NCBI GenBank assembly: GCA_004431415.1 | Contig: QPMI01000005.1 | Span: forward strand, 186,001 to 250,000 | Length of the DNA stretch: 64,000 nt | Source of the DNA: Cyanophora paradoxa CCMP329 | Lineage: Eukaryota > Plantae > Glaucophyta | Reading direction: 5' to 3' | Part shown: positions 44,711 through 56,183 of the stretch, one piece after another | Numbering within the stretch: position 1 is the first letter of the stretch | How the letters are laid out: each line of letters starts with the position of its first letter | Translations under genes and position numbers: made by a program | Notes under the pieces: generated by a model | Databases searched by the model: none | What the model saw: the letters and a program-made list of their open reading frames with translations, nothing else | What the model was told of the DNA's origin: nothing

Positions 44711-47700
44711 TTACCATTGTACGCAACTACAGAAACCGTCTTCGAGGAGGCTTTCCCCACTGGACAGATAGAGGGGGGGAAAAGCCACAAGACCGTATCG
44801 AAATTTGTGAGAGGCGAGCACAGTGAAAGGGCAAGCTCTCTGCGCGCAGCAGTAAACGAGATTGTTCGTCCGATAAAACCACGGCTCATGATCAATTGCA
44901 GCGCACCCAGAACGCGCCGATGTGAAGCTGAACCACGCTTCGCCACTCGGGTTGCTAGAGAACGCGGACGGCAGAAGTGAAGGCTTCCCCCGCGTCGTGC
45001 CATTCAGCTCCAGAAAAGGCGCGACGGTTATCGGCTTTGCAAGTGCACAGGGCTCCAGAAAGGGAGTAGGGCTCGGCGTGGGACTCGGCGAGTTGGTCGG
45101 GGTTGGAGTAGGACTGGAGCTCGGCGTGCCTGTCGGCCACGGCCGCGGCGTGGCGCTTGGAGTTGCTCTCAGAGTCGGACTCGGTGTGTTTGTTGGTCTA
45201 TAGCTTGCTGTAGGGGACGGGCTCGGCGTCGGCTGCAGCTGATCATCACGCGGCGTCACGGACGGAGAGGGTGTGGGCGGGTCGAGAAGAAGTGTAGTAG
45301 CAGAAGCTGCGGTTCCATCCCAGCTGGTGGTACCGGCGCCGTTCGACAACAGCGTGTAGCAGTAGTACGTCGTGCTCGGGCGCAGATTGCCGAGCGTGCT
45401 CTCAATGGATGCCGCTCCTGCTGGAATAGCGCTTCCGGGAATCACAGGATTTATTTCGAAGTCCTCCAGGTGAAGCTGCAACAATGTTGCAGCGCAGAAG
45501 ACTGAAATAGATGTGTAGGGGCTGAATCCAACTGGACTCGGGATCGAAGCAAATGTAATAATTATCCGGAGAGTCGTGCGAGCAACCGCGGTGACGCTCA
45601 CTACATTTTCATGAGATCCAACGACGAGATATTAAGAAGACAACTGATTATGCACCTGCGGGAGGTAAAGGGAGAGTTGTAATTAGGAAAGAAGTCGATG
45701 CAGGTATCATCGCGCCAATCGGCAGCACTGTAGACAGCGTGCAATTGTACGTGGAGGAAGGCTCGAATGCTGACAGCGAAGCGAAGCTTGATCCCTCAAG
45801 CTCGCCAGTGTATGGTCCTGATGACTGCTTGACATAGACTACGCCGGGTGCCGGCCCGAGGCCTGAAGCTCCAGCTCTGCAGGCCATGCTGACACCAGCA
45901 GTGCTGGGCGAGATAAAGTATACCCGAATATTTCTATAAGCATCGTAGACGACGCTCTTTACAGCAGGAGGCGTGTTCGAATACGCGACGAGAAATGCAG
46001 GCGAGGGACGAGAGGAGGCACCCTCCGAAGAGTAAGCAACCGCGCTGCAGAGAAAGGCAGGGCTGGCTGCGGCAGAGGCCGGCACTGGCACCCGCAGCTC
46101 CACACCAGCCGCGTGAGCAACACTGACGGCAAAGGATGCCGCGAAAGTGCCGAGGCCAGTAGTAGAATTGCAGGTGACGATGACGCGTCGCACATCTTGC
46201 TCGGCTCGGAATGAAGCCCGCAACACGGCCTGCAAGCAAATTATCGGTGAAGCGTGTGAATTATAATCGTCTTATAGCTAAGGATGAAAGCATCGGTACC
46301 TGTATGCTGCTATCGGAAGAATTCCAGAGGAAGGTTCCATTAGCAAGGAGTGGCGGCGAGGGGACGAGGCGGCAGGAGTCGTCCAGATAGCCCATCACTG
46401 AAATGAAGTCGAAAACGCTTGATCAAGGAAGGCGCCGGTGGGTGACCAATATTCCGAAACAATTTTGCACGTACGGTCGACCGAGGCGAAATAGACGCTG
46501 TTGTAGTAAACGGGGCCTTCCGTGACTCCCATAGCGATCACTGCATTGTCGAGCTGCGGAAAATATGCGCTTGCCGCGCCTGTGTGCACGTTGAGCATTT
46601 TGAGAGCGCTCAAAGAAAGCCGGGCGCGTGGAGGGTGCACCGTGCTGCTTCGGGAATTCACCAGCGGTCGCAAGTTTCGTCCAGCGCTTGCAGCCTGTGC
46701 AAGCACTCATTGCAAGCGGCAGCCTTTTTTTGCATCGGTCATGACTGAATTAAAAAGAGCGCACGATCGGAGAAGACGAACGCGTCGTTGGTTGTAGATG
46801 CCATCAAATTATCGCCCGACCCCAGCACCTGCAGAAATGGACGAGCAACTGTTATGGTAGAGCAACTTCGGAATTCGAAGGCACGTGCACACCCAATCGT
46901 CGCCCTGGATCTGGCCGTTGAAAGTGCGAAGTCTGGATCAGCGGAGTTTGCGGTACATAATTTATAAATATTAATTGAATATACATAGATGTTGAGAATA
47001 TATAGATGGGACAGCAGAAAGTATAAACAAAAAAAGACAGTCGAACCCAGGACCTGTGTGCGGGGCTCTCAAATGAATGGCAAGTAATGAAAAAATGGAA
47101 AGGCGGATTTGTTGATTACCAAGCGTAAAAGCGGTTTGCAGGCTGCAGTAGATTGACGGAGAGGTTAACTGCCACCCACTGGCGCGATTCTACAGCCAGG
47201 TCGATGTACCTGTCAAACACATGCACGATGCGGTTAAGTGATCTTCACAGAAGCGCAAGAGTGTTTCATATGCATTATATTTCTAATTTGAATGACTGGA
47301 GGATTAGATCCGGTCGACCCTTGCTCTATCTATCGAGCTCCGAGATATTGCAATTGCAGCTGTTACCACATGTCTGAGAGGGGTTTGGAGGGCGCCCCTC
47401 TTCCACTGCGGAATGGCGCGTATGTGCAGTGCATATACATGATCAGAACGTAATTTGTCAATTCCGCAAGTGCATCAAATCCGCATCGCACCCATAAATG
47501 TACCAGCGACTGCCAAGAAGGCCGTTGGAGGGGTACATCCTTCCCACTGGGTTGGAAGGGACGCCGTTTGGGGTGACACCCGATTCCCATGCGTTGCTTG
47601 ACAGGTTAAAGCGGACCAGGTCTGCCCATATATATGCATGGCATGGAGTGAGCCGACTGGTAAAAGTAAGGCGCTACTGGCTCGATGCACGTGCACCATG

Positions 47701-49579
47701 ATAAAAGTCGTCCTCTATGTAATTTGGTTCCCTCCTGCGCATAGCATGCGACAGTACTTAGATATTGATATCAACACCAGCAGTGCAGATGCAGAATCTC
47801 GAAAAGAAGTAGCGATAGGTTGCAGGAATTTCGCGTACCATGTGGACTTGAGCCCCCAGCAGGTGTAAAGGAAGCCCTGGTAGTACACGGCGATGTGGCC
47901 TATTCGAAAAGAGCCAGCTGGCAATCTTGTGCGGATTCGGCCGATAAGATCTGGGTTCCAGCCATTCACATGCATTAGTATATATTGATTATGATCCGAT
48001 TGCTTCGAATTCAATCATGATCATAACGAAGCTGCATGTATATATGGGCACCAAAGCGCTCAAGTGTGCCCACGAGACCATAGCCATCGGCAACTCCGCC
48101 GTAGGCCCACGCGTACCGCACTCCGTCCATTGCCCACACCGCCCGTTGCTAAAGCCCGGACGCGATCAATCTCATAATTAGCAGCGATATAGCTTTTGAT
48201 GATTTTGTTGCGGTTGGGGACTGTGCGTACGCGGTACTCGACGCCGGTGGCATCCCAGCCTCCGGAAAACGCAATGCTGTCCCACTGGACGGGGGCTGCG
48301 GTGCACACGGCGGGGTGCGTGAGCAGCCGGCGCCTCCGTCTCGCGATCATCAGAAACTTCAAGCAAGCTTAAGCGCAGCAAACCAGCAGTAAGCTCAAGT
48401 TTGCTAAAGGGGTTCTGCGTCGTGCGGCCAAGCAGGAAGAACGTGTTGTTGAGCGAGACGCCCTGAGCGGTGAAACAATAATTTTAACTGCAGAAGTACG
48501 CGACGTCGACTTTACATGGATGTGTATGACGCGCACGGGAAGGTCCATGTATCGTGCAGTGGGGACAACGCCGGCAATGTTGCTCTGTTGCTCGATTCGC
48601 AGCACGGGACCCGGCCCCTGTGGAAAGACGGGAAGCACGAAGCTTGGATCCGTGGACTCCTGTTATTGCAGTGCGTTGGAGTTGGCAGACTCGAGACGGG
48701 GCGGGCCTGAGACTCACAGCGGCGGCCGTCGAGCCGGAGACTACCGTGGATTCCGCCGACGTCTTACCGTTGACGTTGTCCAGCGTGGCTTTGCACGCGT
48801 ATGAGGTCGACGCGGTCAGACCGCTTGTGATCGCGACGGTCTGCGCGAAACATAGTCAGAGGGTAGGGTCAGAACACGCGTACGCATGGCAGGGCACTGC
48901 GGCATAGAACAATCTCTATATTTACCTTTGACGTGCTGAACTCGACCGGGTACGCAGTAATGGTAGAAGTGCCGCAGACAACCGTCAAGTTTGTAAACTG
49001 CAATTGCATCTTCAATCAGCGCTCGCTGCTATAGCGCGCCTTCGACGTCGACTGACTGCGAAATTTAAAGGTCGCACCTGTCTGAATGCGAATGCCTGGG
49101 TGTCCCACTCCCTGTCTAAACCGTTGACGGCCACCGTGGTCTTGCCACCGCCGCTGCTTACCGAGCCGTTGTTCGGCGCGTAGGTGACCAAGACGCTGAG
49201 AGCCGTCGGGCCCGTCCCGATGACGCTCGCCACAGTGGGCTTCAGAGGCGTGGTGGTCAAGGCGGTGCCGAAGTAGGTTACGGGCGCAGAGATTTGGCCG
49301 GTGCTGTCCGTGACCCACACGGCGCAGGTGTACTGGGTCGAGGGCTGTAGGTTACCCACCAGGATATCGACATTTGTACCCGACGAGGCCGAGAGAAGAA
49401 AACTCTGGCCTCGGTCGCCGCAGACGACCACGCCCCCGGGCCCAGAGTTGAGGCCGGAGTAGTCGATGAGGATTTGAAGGCTGTTCGTTCGGTTCTGAAC
49501 ATTTGCGACGGTGCCGGCCGCGATGCGAGTGATCATCGCCGTCGGGGGACTCGTCGAGGGCGATGGGCTCGGAGACGGG
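44711..49579 (-). CDS. Host gene exons: fibronectin-III-like domains and Pro/Thr/Ser-rich linkers; interrupted at ~49579 by element 2
   Basis: NLRPSTTYYC, FEPSSTYNC, NLQPSTQYTC, GLTASTSYAC motifs; PTPSPSPT repeats. Confidence 0.6.
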
Positions 49580-49654
49580 CACACATATGAATATTCATAT
49601 TTTAATCCCTCGGCGTTCCGCCTCAGGATTAAAATATGAATATTCATATGTGTG
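49580..49654. repeat. Terminal hairpin: perfect 29-bp inverted repeat with a 17-nt spacer
   Basis: 49580-49608 is the exact reverse complement of 49626-49654; the spacer holds GGCG-TTC-CGCC. Confidence 0.9.
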
Positions 49655-50770
49655 ATTCGATGTTATATCAATAAAATCGATTAATTTATTTGAATTTTCA
49701 CCTGAATTTTCATATTTTTATATGCATTTTCAATTAATTTAATCGATTTTATATCGATAAACTCGATTAATCGATATTGTATCTTAATTGTAGTTAATCG
49801 GAATTATATCAATAACTTCGATTGATCTTAATTGAATCCTAAATGAATCTAATCGGAATTATATCAATAAATTCGATTAAATCATGTTCTTTTCCGATTA
49901 AATCAATTAAATATTTAACTTTGTTATCAGAAGTGGTCTAAGTTGACTCACTTTTCATAAACATTTTGAACTCTTAGTCTCTTTGAATTTCTTAAGATGA
50001 CTCAACTTAGTCAACTTAGTCAACTTTGTTACCATAATCAATCAGGGTGGACTCACTTTTAGATCAACTTTGAAATTTCAAGCAAAATCAACTTGGATTT
50101 CAAAAGTGGATCTTCTAAGTGGACTCAAAATGTTCACTTTGTGATACATGTTAGCTCAAATCCTTACTGTTTATGGTCAGGGTTGACTAAGTGGGGGAGT
50201 TGACACATTTTTTGAAATCCTTTTTAGAAAACTTTAGGTCCCAAATATTTCCTGTGAAATTTGAGTCAACTCAACCCACTTAGTCAACCCTTGCATTGAA
50301 TTCGTAACAAAATCCATATACTATTACTACTTTTACGATTAATATGAGTCAACCTTGAGTCCACTTAAATATAAATATAATATAATAGGGGGAATCAAGG
50401 GAGATGCTTACTAAATGCAGTGTTAGATTGATGATTTCACATATGTAATCACGATTATCTCTAAAGTAGATTTGGGTTGATTATTCGATGTTATCAGGTG
50501 ATTGAGTTGATAAGTATTTGATGTAGATCTTTAACTCTTTCGTTATAATCGAATTTAATCGAATTAGTTTTGAATTTTCAAAATCGGTTTAATCGTAATA
50601 GCGATGTATACACATCGAGATTCGTAGATGTGATTGCAATTTATTGTTATGTATGATATTGGTGATTATATTGAATCGTTGGTGTATCGATTTGATAACT
50701 TCCTGGTGATCTGTATTAAAAACTCACGTTTAATGGATTTTAATCGAATTTAAAATCAAAATTCAAAATC
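49655..50770. repeat. AT-rich non-coding terminal region (probable TIR) with dense AATCGA/TCGATT and GAGTCAAC/GTTGACT motifs
   Basis: No ORFs; recurrent short motifs; partner end not in the window. Confidence 0.55.
50180..50367. promoter_or_regulatory. Origin-like inverted-repeat module, copy 1
   Basis: GGGTTGACTAAGTGGG..GAGTTGAC (50180-50204) inverted against 50265-50290; followed by GAGTCAACCTTGAGTCCACTT. Confidence 0.5.
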
Positions 50771-51001
50771 GGTTTCATCGCGATTTGGAGTCACAGGTAT
50801 CGAAAATCCTAGATGTGATAGTAGCGCTGTGACCGCCTTAAAATGCTCGATTTTATGACGTTTTAAGCGCATCGATTTGAGCATGTGGTGTTGAGATATC
50901 GTAGCAAACGTGAATAGTGAGTTTCTAGACGGGTACAGCATTAATCTAGAAAAAACCGCGTTTTTTGTTTACTTTTCAAGTTTCACGGCGAACGAAGTAA
51001 A

Positions 51002-51074
51002 GGTTCCCGGTCGGATTTGAACCTCGTAGTTCTGAGTCAGTAATCTAGCGCTTTATTCTCTGAGCCAAAAACGG
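51002..51074 (-). ncRNA. Degenerate tRNA-like / putative Pol III unit
   Basis: A-box-like TGGCTCAG and B-box GGTTCAAATCC at tRNA spacing; T6 run downstream at 50955-50950; acceptor and T stems pair poorly. Confidence 0.35.
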
Positions 51075-51300
51075 CTTGCCATCTAGTCGACTCCTGGGCT
51101 AGTGTTTCACCAAGTCTACTATGGCAAGTGACTTTTGCATCTTCAAACTGTTATATCTCATCACCAGATCATCAAAACGCAACGTTCTGCATATCGCTGT
51201 GAAGCGCTTGATAAGATCTACAAGACTATGTGTATATCATGTGCATATATGTATATCAGTCATACATATATTTGGAAAAAACGAGTTTTTGCCTAGCAAA

Positions 51301-52686
51301 CTAGCTAGTTTTGGTCCTTTCTCTTAGTGTTCTCTGAGGTTTAGGGGCTGTATATGACTCCTTAGTAGTCTGAAAGTCATTATACCATCTCTGGCTATTA
51401 ACCTCAGAAAGTTTCTGTGTCCCTGCTATAGTGAGCTTTTTGAGTTCCCTATTAACCTTGCCAGTCTTCTCCTTTCTAGCCTCTATCAAAGGCTTATCTG
51501 GGACTTCATTAGCAGCTTCTATGCCTTCTCTCCTTATAGCAGCATCAACCTTGGCTTCCTCTTTGGCTTGCTCTAATGCATCCACTGTAGGTGTTTCCAG
51601 ATACTCAACTGAATTCACAGGTAACAGCTCATGGAAAGCAAACCTGTTTTCTATGATCTCACCAGTGGGACTCCTTAGCTTAAACTTAAAGCCTTCCCTA
51701 CTATCAACAGTGTAAACCATCCTAGACCAATTGTTACCCTGTTTAGCAAAGGCATTTTTCTCAACTTTCACTCTAACAAACATGCCTGGCTGCATGGTAT
51801 CAAGGTAAGCTATTGATTTCTTGAATCTTTCATCTTCTAATCCCACTATATACCTATAATGCTCCTCTGTAGTTTCGCCTGGCTTCATCTTAGTAGCTGA
51901 GTGAACTGTATTATTGTAATTATACTCAATATCACCTAACACATCAAAGAATCTAGCTGTGTTATTAGCTATGCAGTAGTTTGTGATCAGTCTCTTAATC
52001 TGCTTGTTAAAGGCTTCAATTCGACCTTGGCTTCTATGGTCAGCAGTTCCACTCACTTGGTGTTCTATGAATTTACTAGATAAATACTCCTGGAATATTC
52101 GATTTTGGAACTCACTCCCAGCATCTGATTGAACTTTTACTATGGGTCTTGCCACTCTCATTTCAAGCTGCTTAAATGCAGCTAATGTAGTGAGAGCTGA
52201 TTTATCTCTTATAGGTATGATATATCCAGTTCTCAGTGTTGATTCCATAGCAGTCATAAAGGTATCATAGCCATTGTTTTGTTTCTTATAAGCTGGGAAA
52301 AAGAGCAAATCAATCACATAGGTATCAAGGGGTTGCCTTATTGGAACCATGGGATCTCTCTTCCTAGATATAGCAGGTGCATTGATCTGAACTACCTCTT
52401 GTTTTTTATAGAACTCTTGCAACTGCTTATAGGATTCATCTGGTAACTCAGCCCTCATAGCTTGAAGCCCTTTGTAACCAGTCCTCACATCATAGAATCT
52501 CTTGGCAATCTTGCTAGTTTCTTTCACTGCAATAGCAACTGGGATCTCCACAGGGACAAGCTCTTTCATCTCTGATTTTTTGACAATTCGAGATTCCCCT
52601 TTTTCCTCCTTTGGAACTGTGATAGGCAGTAGGTTACCTTGTAGTTGCTCAGTGGTTCTCCTAACTATTCTTCCAGTTGCTGGCAT
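51301..52686 (-). CDS. Retroviral-like (rve) DDE integrase
   Basis: YVIDLLF, VQSDAGSEF, GRIEAFNKQIK, YNNTVHSATKMKP. Confidence 0.93.
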   Translation of the reverse strand: MPATGRIVRRTTEQLQGNLLPITVPKEEKGESRIVKKSEMKELVPVEIPVAIAVKETSKIAKRFYDVRTGYKGLQAMRAELPDESYKQLQEFYKKQEVVQINAPAISRKRDPMVPIRQPLDTYVIDLLFFPAYKKQNNGYDTFMTAMESTLRTGYIIPIRDKSALTTLAAFKQLEMRVARPIVKVQSDAGSEFQNRIFQEYLSSKFIEHQVSGTADHRSQGRIEAFNKQIKRLITNYCIANNTARFFDVLGDIEYNYNNTVHSATKMKPGETTEEHYRYIVGLEDERFKKSIAYLDTMQPGMFVRVKVEKNAFAKQGNNWSRMVYTVDSREGFKFKLRSPTGEIIENRFAFHELLPVNSVEYLETPTVDALEQAKEEAKVDAAIRREGIEAANEVPDKPLIEARKEKTGKVNRELKKLTIAGTQKLSEVNSQRWYNDFQTTKESYTAPKPQRTLRERTKTS

Positions 52687-52689
52687 CTC

Positions 52690-55600
52690 TTAATTAAAAG
52701 GAACAGAATTAATACCATCTGGTAAGATGTATCTCTTTGCATCAAAGCAGTTTAGGGCAACCCTTCTACTCACGGTATCTATTATTGTGTGATCTGCCCT
52801 TCTCTTCTGCTTTGCAGTCACAGTCTTGCTGATACCTGCAAATAAACACTGCTTAAAATCATTAAATTGGAGTTCCTCAGTGGAAGTCCCAGAGAGCTTA
52901 CTCCTCTCAATCTCAGCAGTTCTGAAACTGTAAACTTTTGCTCTCAGACCTACATACTCCAATATTGCAGAGCCAGGCATTTCATTTTTGTATTTACCTG
53001 GGGTCATTCTGTTAGATCCCCTAGGTCCAAGGCATAAGATATATTCTCTATATCTTTTTGTAAGGTCTTAGATTCAATATATAGACAGAAGGAGTCAGTA
53101 TCATGGAATAGTAACTTTGCTTTTGTCCATTGGGACCTTACAGTATCATAGAAGAACTGGTAATTATGCAGTTTGGCTGCATCCAAAACATAAGCCCCAA
53201 TTGCAACAGGCTTATCTAGTTTCACATGCTTTGTGTAAAACTCAAAGGCAACTGCTTTTTCGTTTATGGGACTTGTTGATTTCACCAATGGGGAAGCTGC
53301 ATATTTCATAAACAGTTTCTCACTGTTTGCAATCTTAACCACAGATCTACCTCTGCAAGATTCAATGCATTTCCCATAGATTGAGTTATTCATGAGTTTA
53401 TAGAAATCAGCCTCGAATTTATTCACTGCTTTCCTTCTCATCTCAGTATTCAGCTCAATGTAGGGTTTCATTACAGGAGCCACAGTAAATGAGAGGACCC
53501 TGTGAATTTTCTTTAATTTCACACCTTTGTCCAACAGATATTGCAGAAGAGGCTCAGAAATCACATAGTTTGCCACAGAACCAAAGGTTGCAGTTAGCTT
53601 AGGGTCTTATCAAGCTCTTCTCCTGAAAGATCCAACAGGCTCTTTTGATATTGTGATAATTCCGCATATTCTACTATTTTCTTGTTAATAATTAGGGGGA
53701 AATCACTGTGGTCTAGATATAGCCTTATTGGGTATTCCAGATCAACTTCCAGGAAACTGGATCTGTTATCTTGTGGGTTGAATTCGGTCTCCCATCTAAA
53801 ATCACCAACTGGAATTGGCTGACTCAAACAGTAGCCATACAAGTTGTTAGCATCAAACAGCATAATGTGGGAGTTCTCACCATCAGCCTCAGCATACCTA
53901 CAAGGCATTGTTGCAAAGCCACCCCTGATTCCCCTCTCAACAAATTCGTATTGCTCTACATCACTTATAAGCTCTATTTTTGCCTCGGTGGTCCTAAGCA
54001 TAGCATCCCAAGATAACCCAGGTGCAGATACATAATGAACTGGGTCAAGTCCATATACTGAGTGTGAAAGCCTTCTGAAGGCTTGGAATTTGTTCATTAA
54101 CTCATCTACATCAGCAGCTCCAAAATCCATGAAATTGCTTGCATCAATGAACTTGTAAAGACCCCATTGCAATGAAAGGTATTGATCAAAGTTTTTCGAA
54201 AGGATTTCGATTCGCTTTTTATCACCCATGCCTGCTATTTTTCTGAAAATGAATGTCCCACAGTCATCCATTTGGTCAACAACTACTGCAACTTTGGTTT
54301 GCTTTGAGATTCTCCTATGGAGATTGCAGTTTCTGCATGCAGGAGCAATATAATGACCTGTGTGGTGATCATGATCTCTGCATTTGAAGTTCTCCTTGGT
54401 GAACCTCTCACTGCAAAGGTAACAGTGTTTAGTAGCCCTGTAAACAGCCTTTTGCTCATCTGTGAGTTCATTCATGGGAATATTGGTAAACAGAAAATCG
54501 ATCAGCTCTCTTGCTTTGGACTCCAAGCATTCAAAGAGACCTCCCATTGGATCCTGCCCCTCAAATCGAAAATCTTGAACATCTTCCCCAGTGACTACTC
54601 TAAGGTTCACTGCTGAGACTTCCCTCTTGGATTTCGATGCATCAATGGGGATGCTTCTATGTTCAATCTTGCAGTAAACCACAACAGGAAGCCACACAGT
54701 TTTCCTGAGGTTTTTCAGTCCAAACTCTATGGTGGTCTCAGGTTTAGGGGTGATTCCCTTTGAGAGTCTCCAATCAATGCATCTGTTTGAGTCCACATGA
54801 GCAGTGAGTTTAGCCTCAGACCTGAATCGAGATAAGCATGTATCACAGTAGTGTAACTTCTGATCATTGTATGTTTCATGGTTTACTTTCAATAGCCTTG
54901 AAAGGGACATGATTGTAATATAGTGACCATTCCCTTCATCATCAAATATCAGCATGAGATTAACCTTATGCTTTCTGCCTGGGTTACTGGATTGATGCAG
55001 GGGATAAACAACCTCTCCATCGATTCCGAATATATTAATGCTAATGCCTGCATTTTGAGCCTCGAATTTATCAATTATTTCAGCATCACAGGCAACAGGG
55101 AATGGGATATTGTCGAAATTGAGAGCCAGCGGATTATAAGCGATTGCTGAGTATTTCCATTTGCGATATTGTGAAAGCTCATTCCTCTTATGGGAGTTAA
55201 TAGATTTTCTGTAAATCGAGGCTAAAATCGCATTTTCGAAGCAGGAATCATCAATATTTCGAATATTCACTGTGGCTCTCTTCCTAGCAATCCACTCTGG
55301 GGTTTGTAGAAAGCATCCACCAGTTGGAGCATAACTCATAATAGCCACTCTGAGTATTTCAATTTTTTCTAAGCGATAGCTATCAACCACATTCATCTGC
55401 TCCTGACACATTTGGGCTGCTTTATTCAGCTCAGTTCGAATATTTCTCGACCTGGTTAATACAAAGTAATCACTGTAAATGTATTTCGATATCCAAACCT
55501 GCGGATTGCTGACTTTTACGAACTTGCAGATAAAAGACAAGCGAACCTTGATTGCCCTGAATTGATCTAAACCCTGCTTTAATCGATTAGGAAGGGATGT

Positions 55601-55933
55601 AGCAATTCTGTCCAGGAATTCAATCACATCTACAACAACTTCCCTTCTGGCTCTGTAAGTGAGCCAGCGATATAATTCATTCATGGCTGTTCCATCTTCT
55701 GCCTCAGGTTCTATTTGCCTTAGGCGATCCAGTTCATCCAAGGTTTCAATTTTATCATATAGGTTATTTGCTTTTCTGGTTAATCTGGCTAAAGTGGGTC
55801 TACCCTTTGCAATTAAATCTATTTCCCGGTCATATTCAGCCTCTGTTATTTCATGGGCTGCATATAGTGTTCCCAGCAATCCCATGAGTTCCCATTTCTT
55901 CTCCCTTATGAGTTTGTTGGTAATTCGGGGCAT
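52690..55933 (-). CDS. polB: Polinton-type family B DNA polymerase with Zn finger and endonuclease VII-like insert; two frameshifts (53602-53604, 53018-53021)
   Basis: FDANNLYG, KLMNNSIYGK, HDTDS, GLRAKVYS; CYLC...RDHDHHTG...ACRNCN; three ORFs join after adding one base at each junction. Confidence 0.9.
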
Positions 55934-55989
55934 TATTCCTAACTTGTTCCTATTCTAAGGGGATATTTTATTTTAGAGCATTTTAAACG

Positions 55990-56173
55990 CAAGTGGACTT
56001 AGTGGGTGGAGTTGAGGCACTTTTTATTTCTTTTTAGGGCAGAGTCCTTTTTTAGAATCTGTGAAAAAATGAGTCAACTCCCCCCACTTAGTCAACCTAA
56101 TCGATAAATAAACCATAAATAAAAGACTGTTTGGGTCTTTTATGATAAATTTGAGTCAACCATGAGTCCACTT
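55990..56173. promoter_or_regulatory. Origin-like module, copy 2 (direct copy of 50180-50367)
   Basis: GAGTCAACTCCCCCCACTTAGTCAACC, TCCTTTTTTAGAA and GAGTCAACCATGAGTCCACTT in the same order as copy 1. Confidence 0.5.
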
Positions 56174-56183
56174 TTGAGTAAAC

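Noticed and set aside
47036-47070. B-box-like GGTTCGAC on the minus strand
   Set aside because: No A-box or cloverleaf; insufficient for a tRNA or SINE call
24800-49500. Numerous short plus-strand and alternative-frame ORFs
   Set aside because: Shadow ORFs of GC-rich minus-strand host exons with no recognisable motifs
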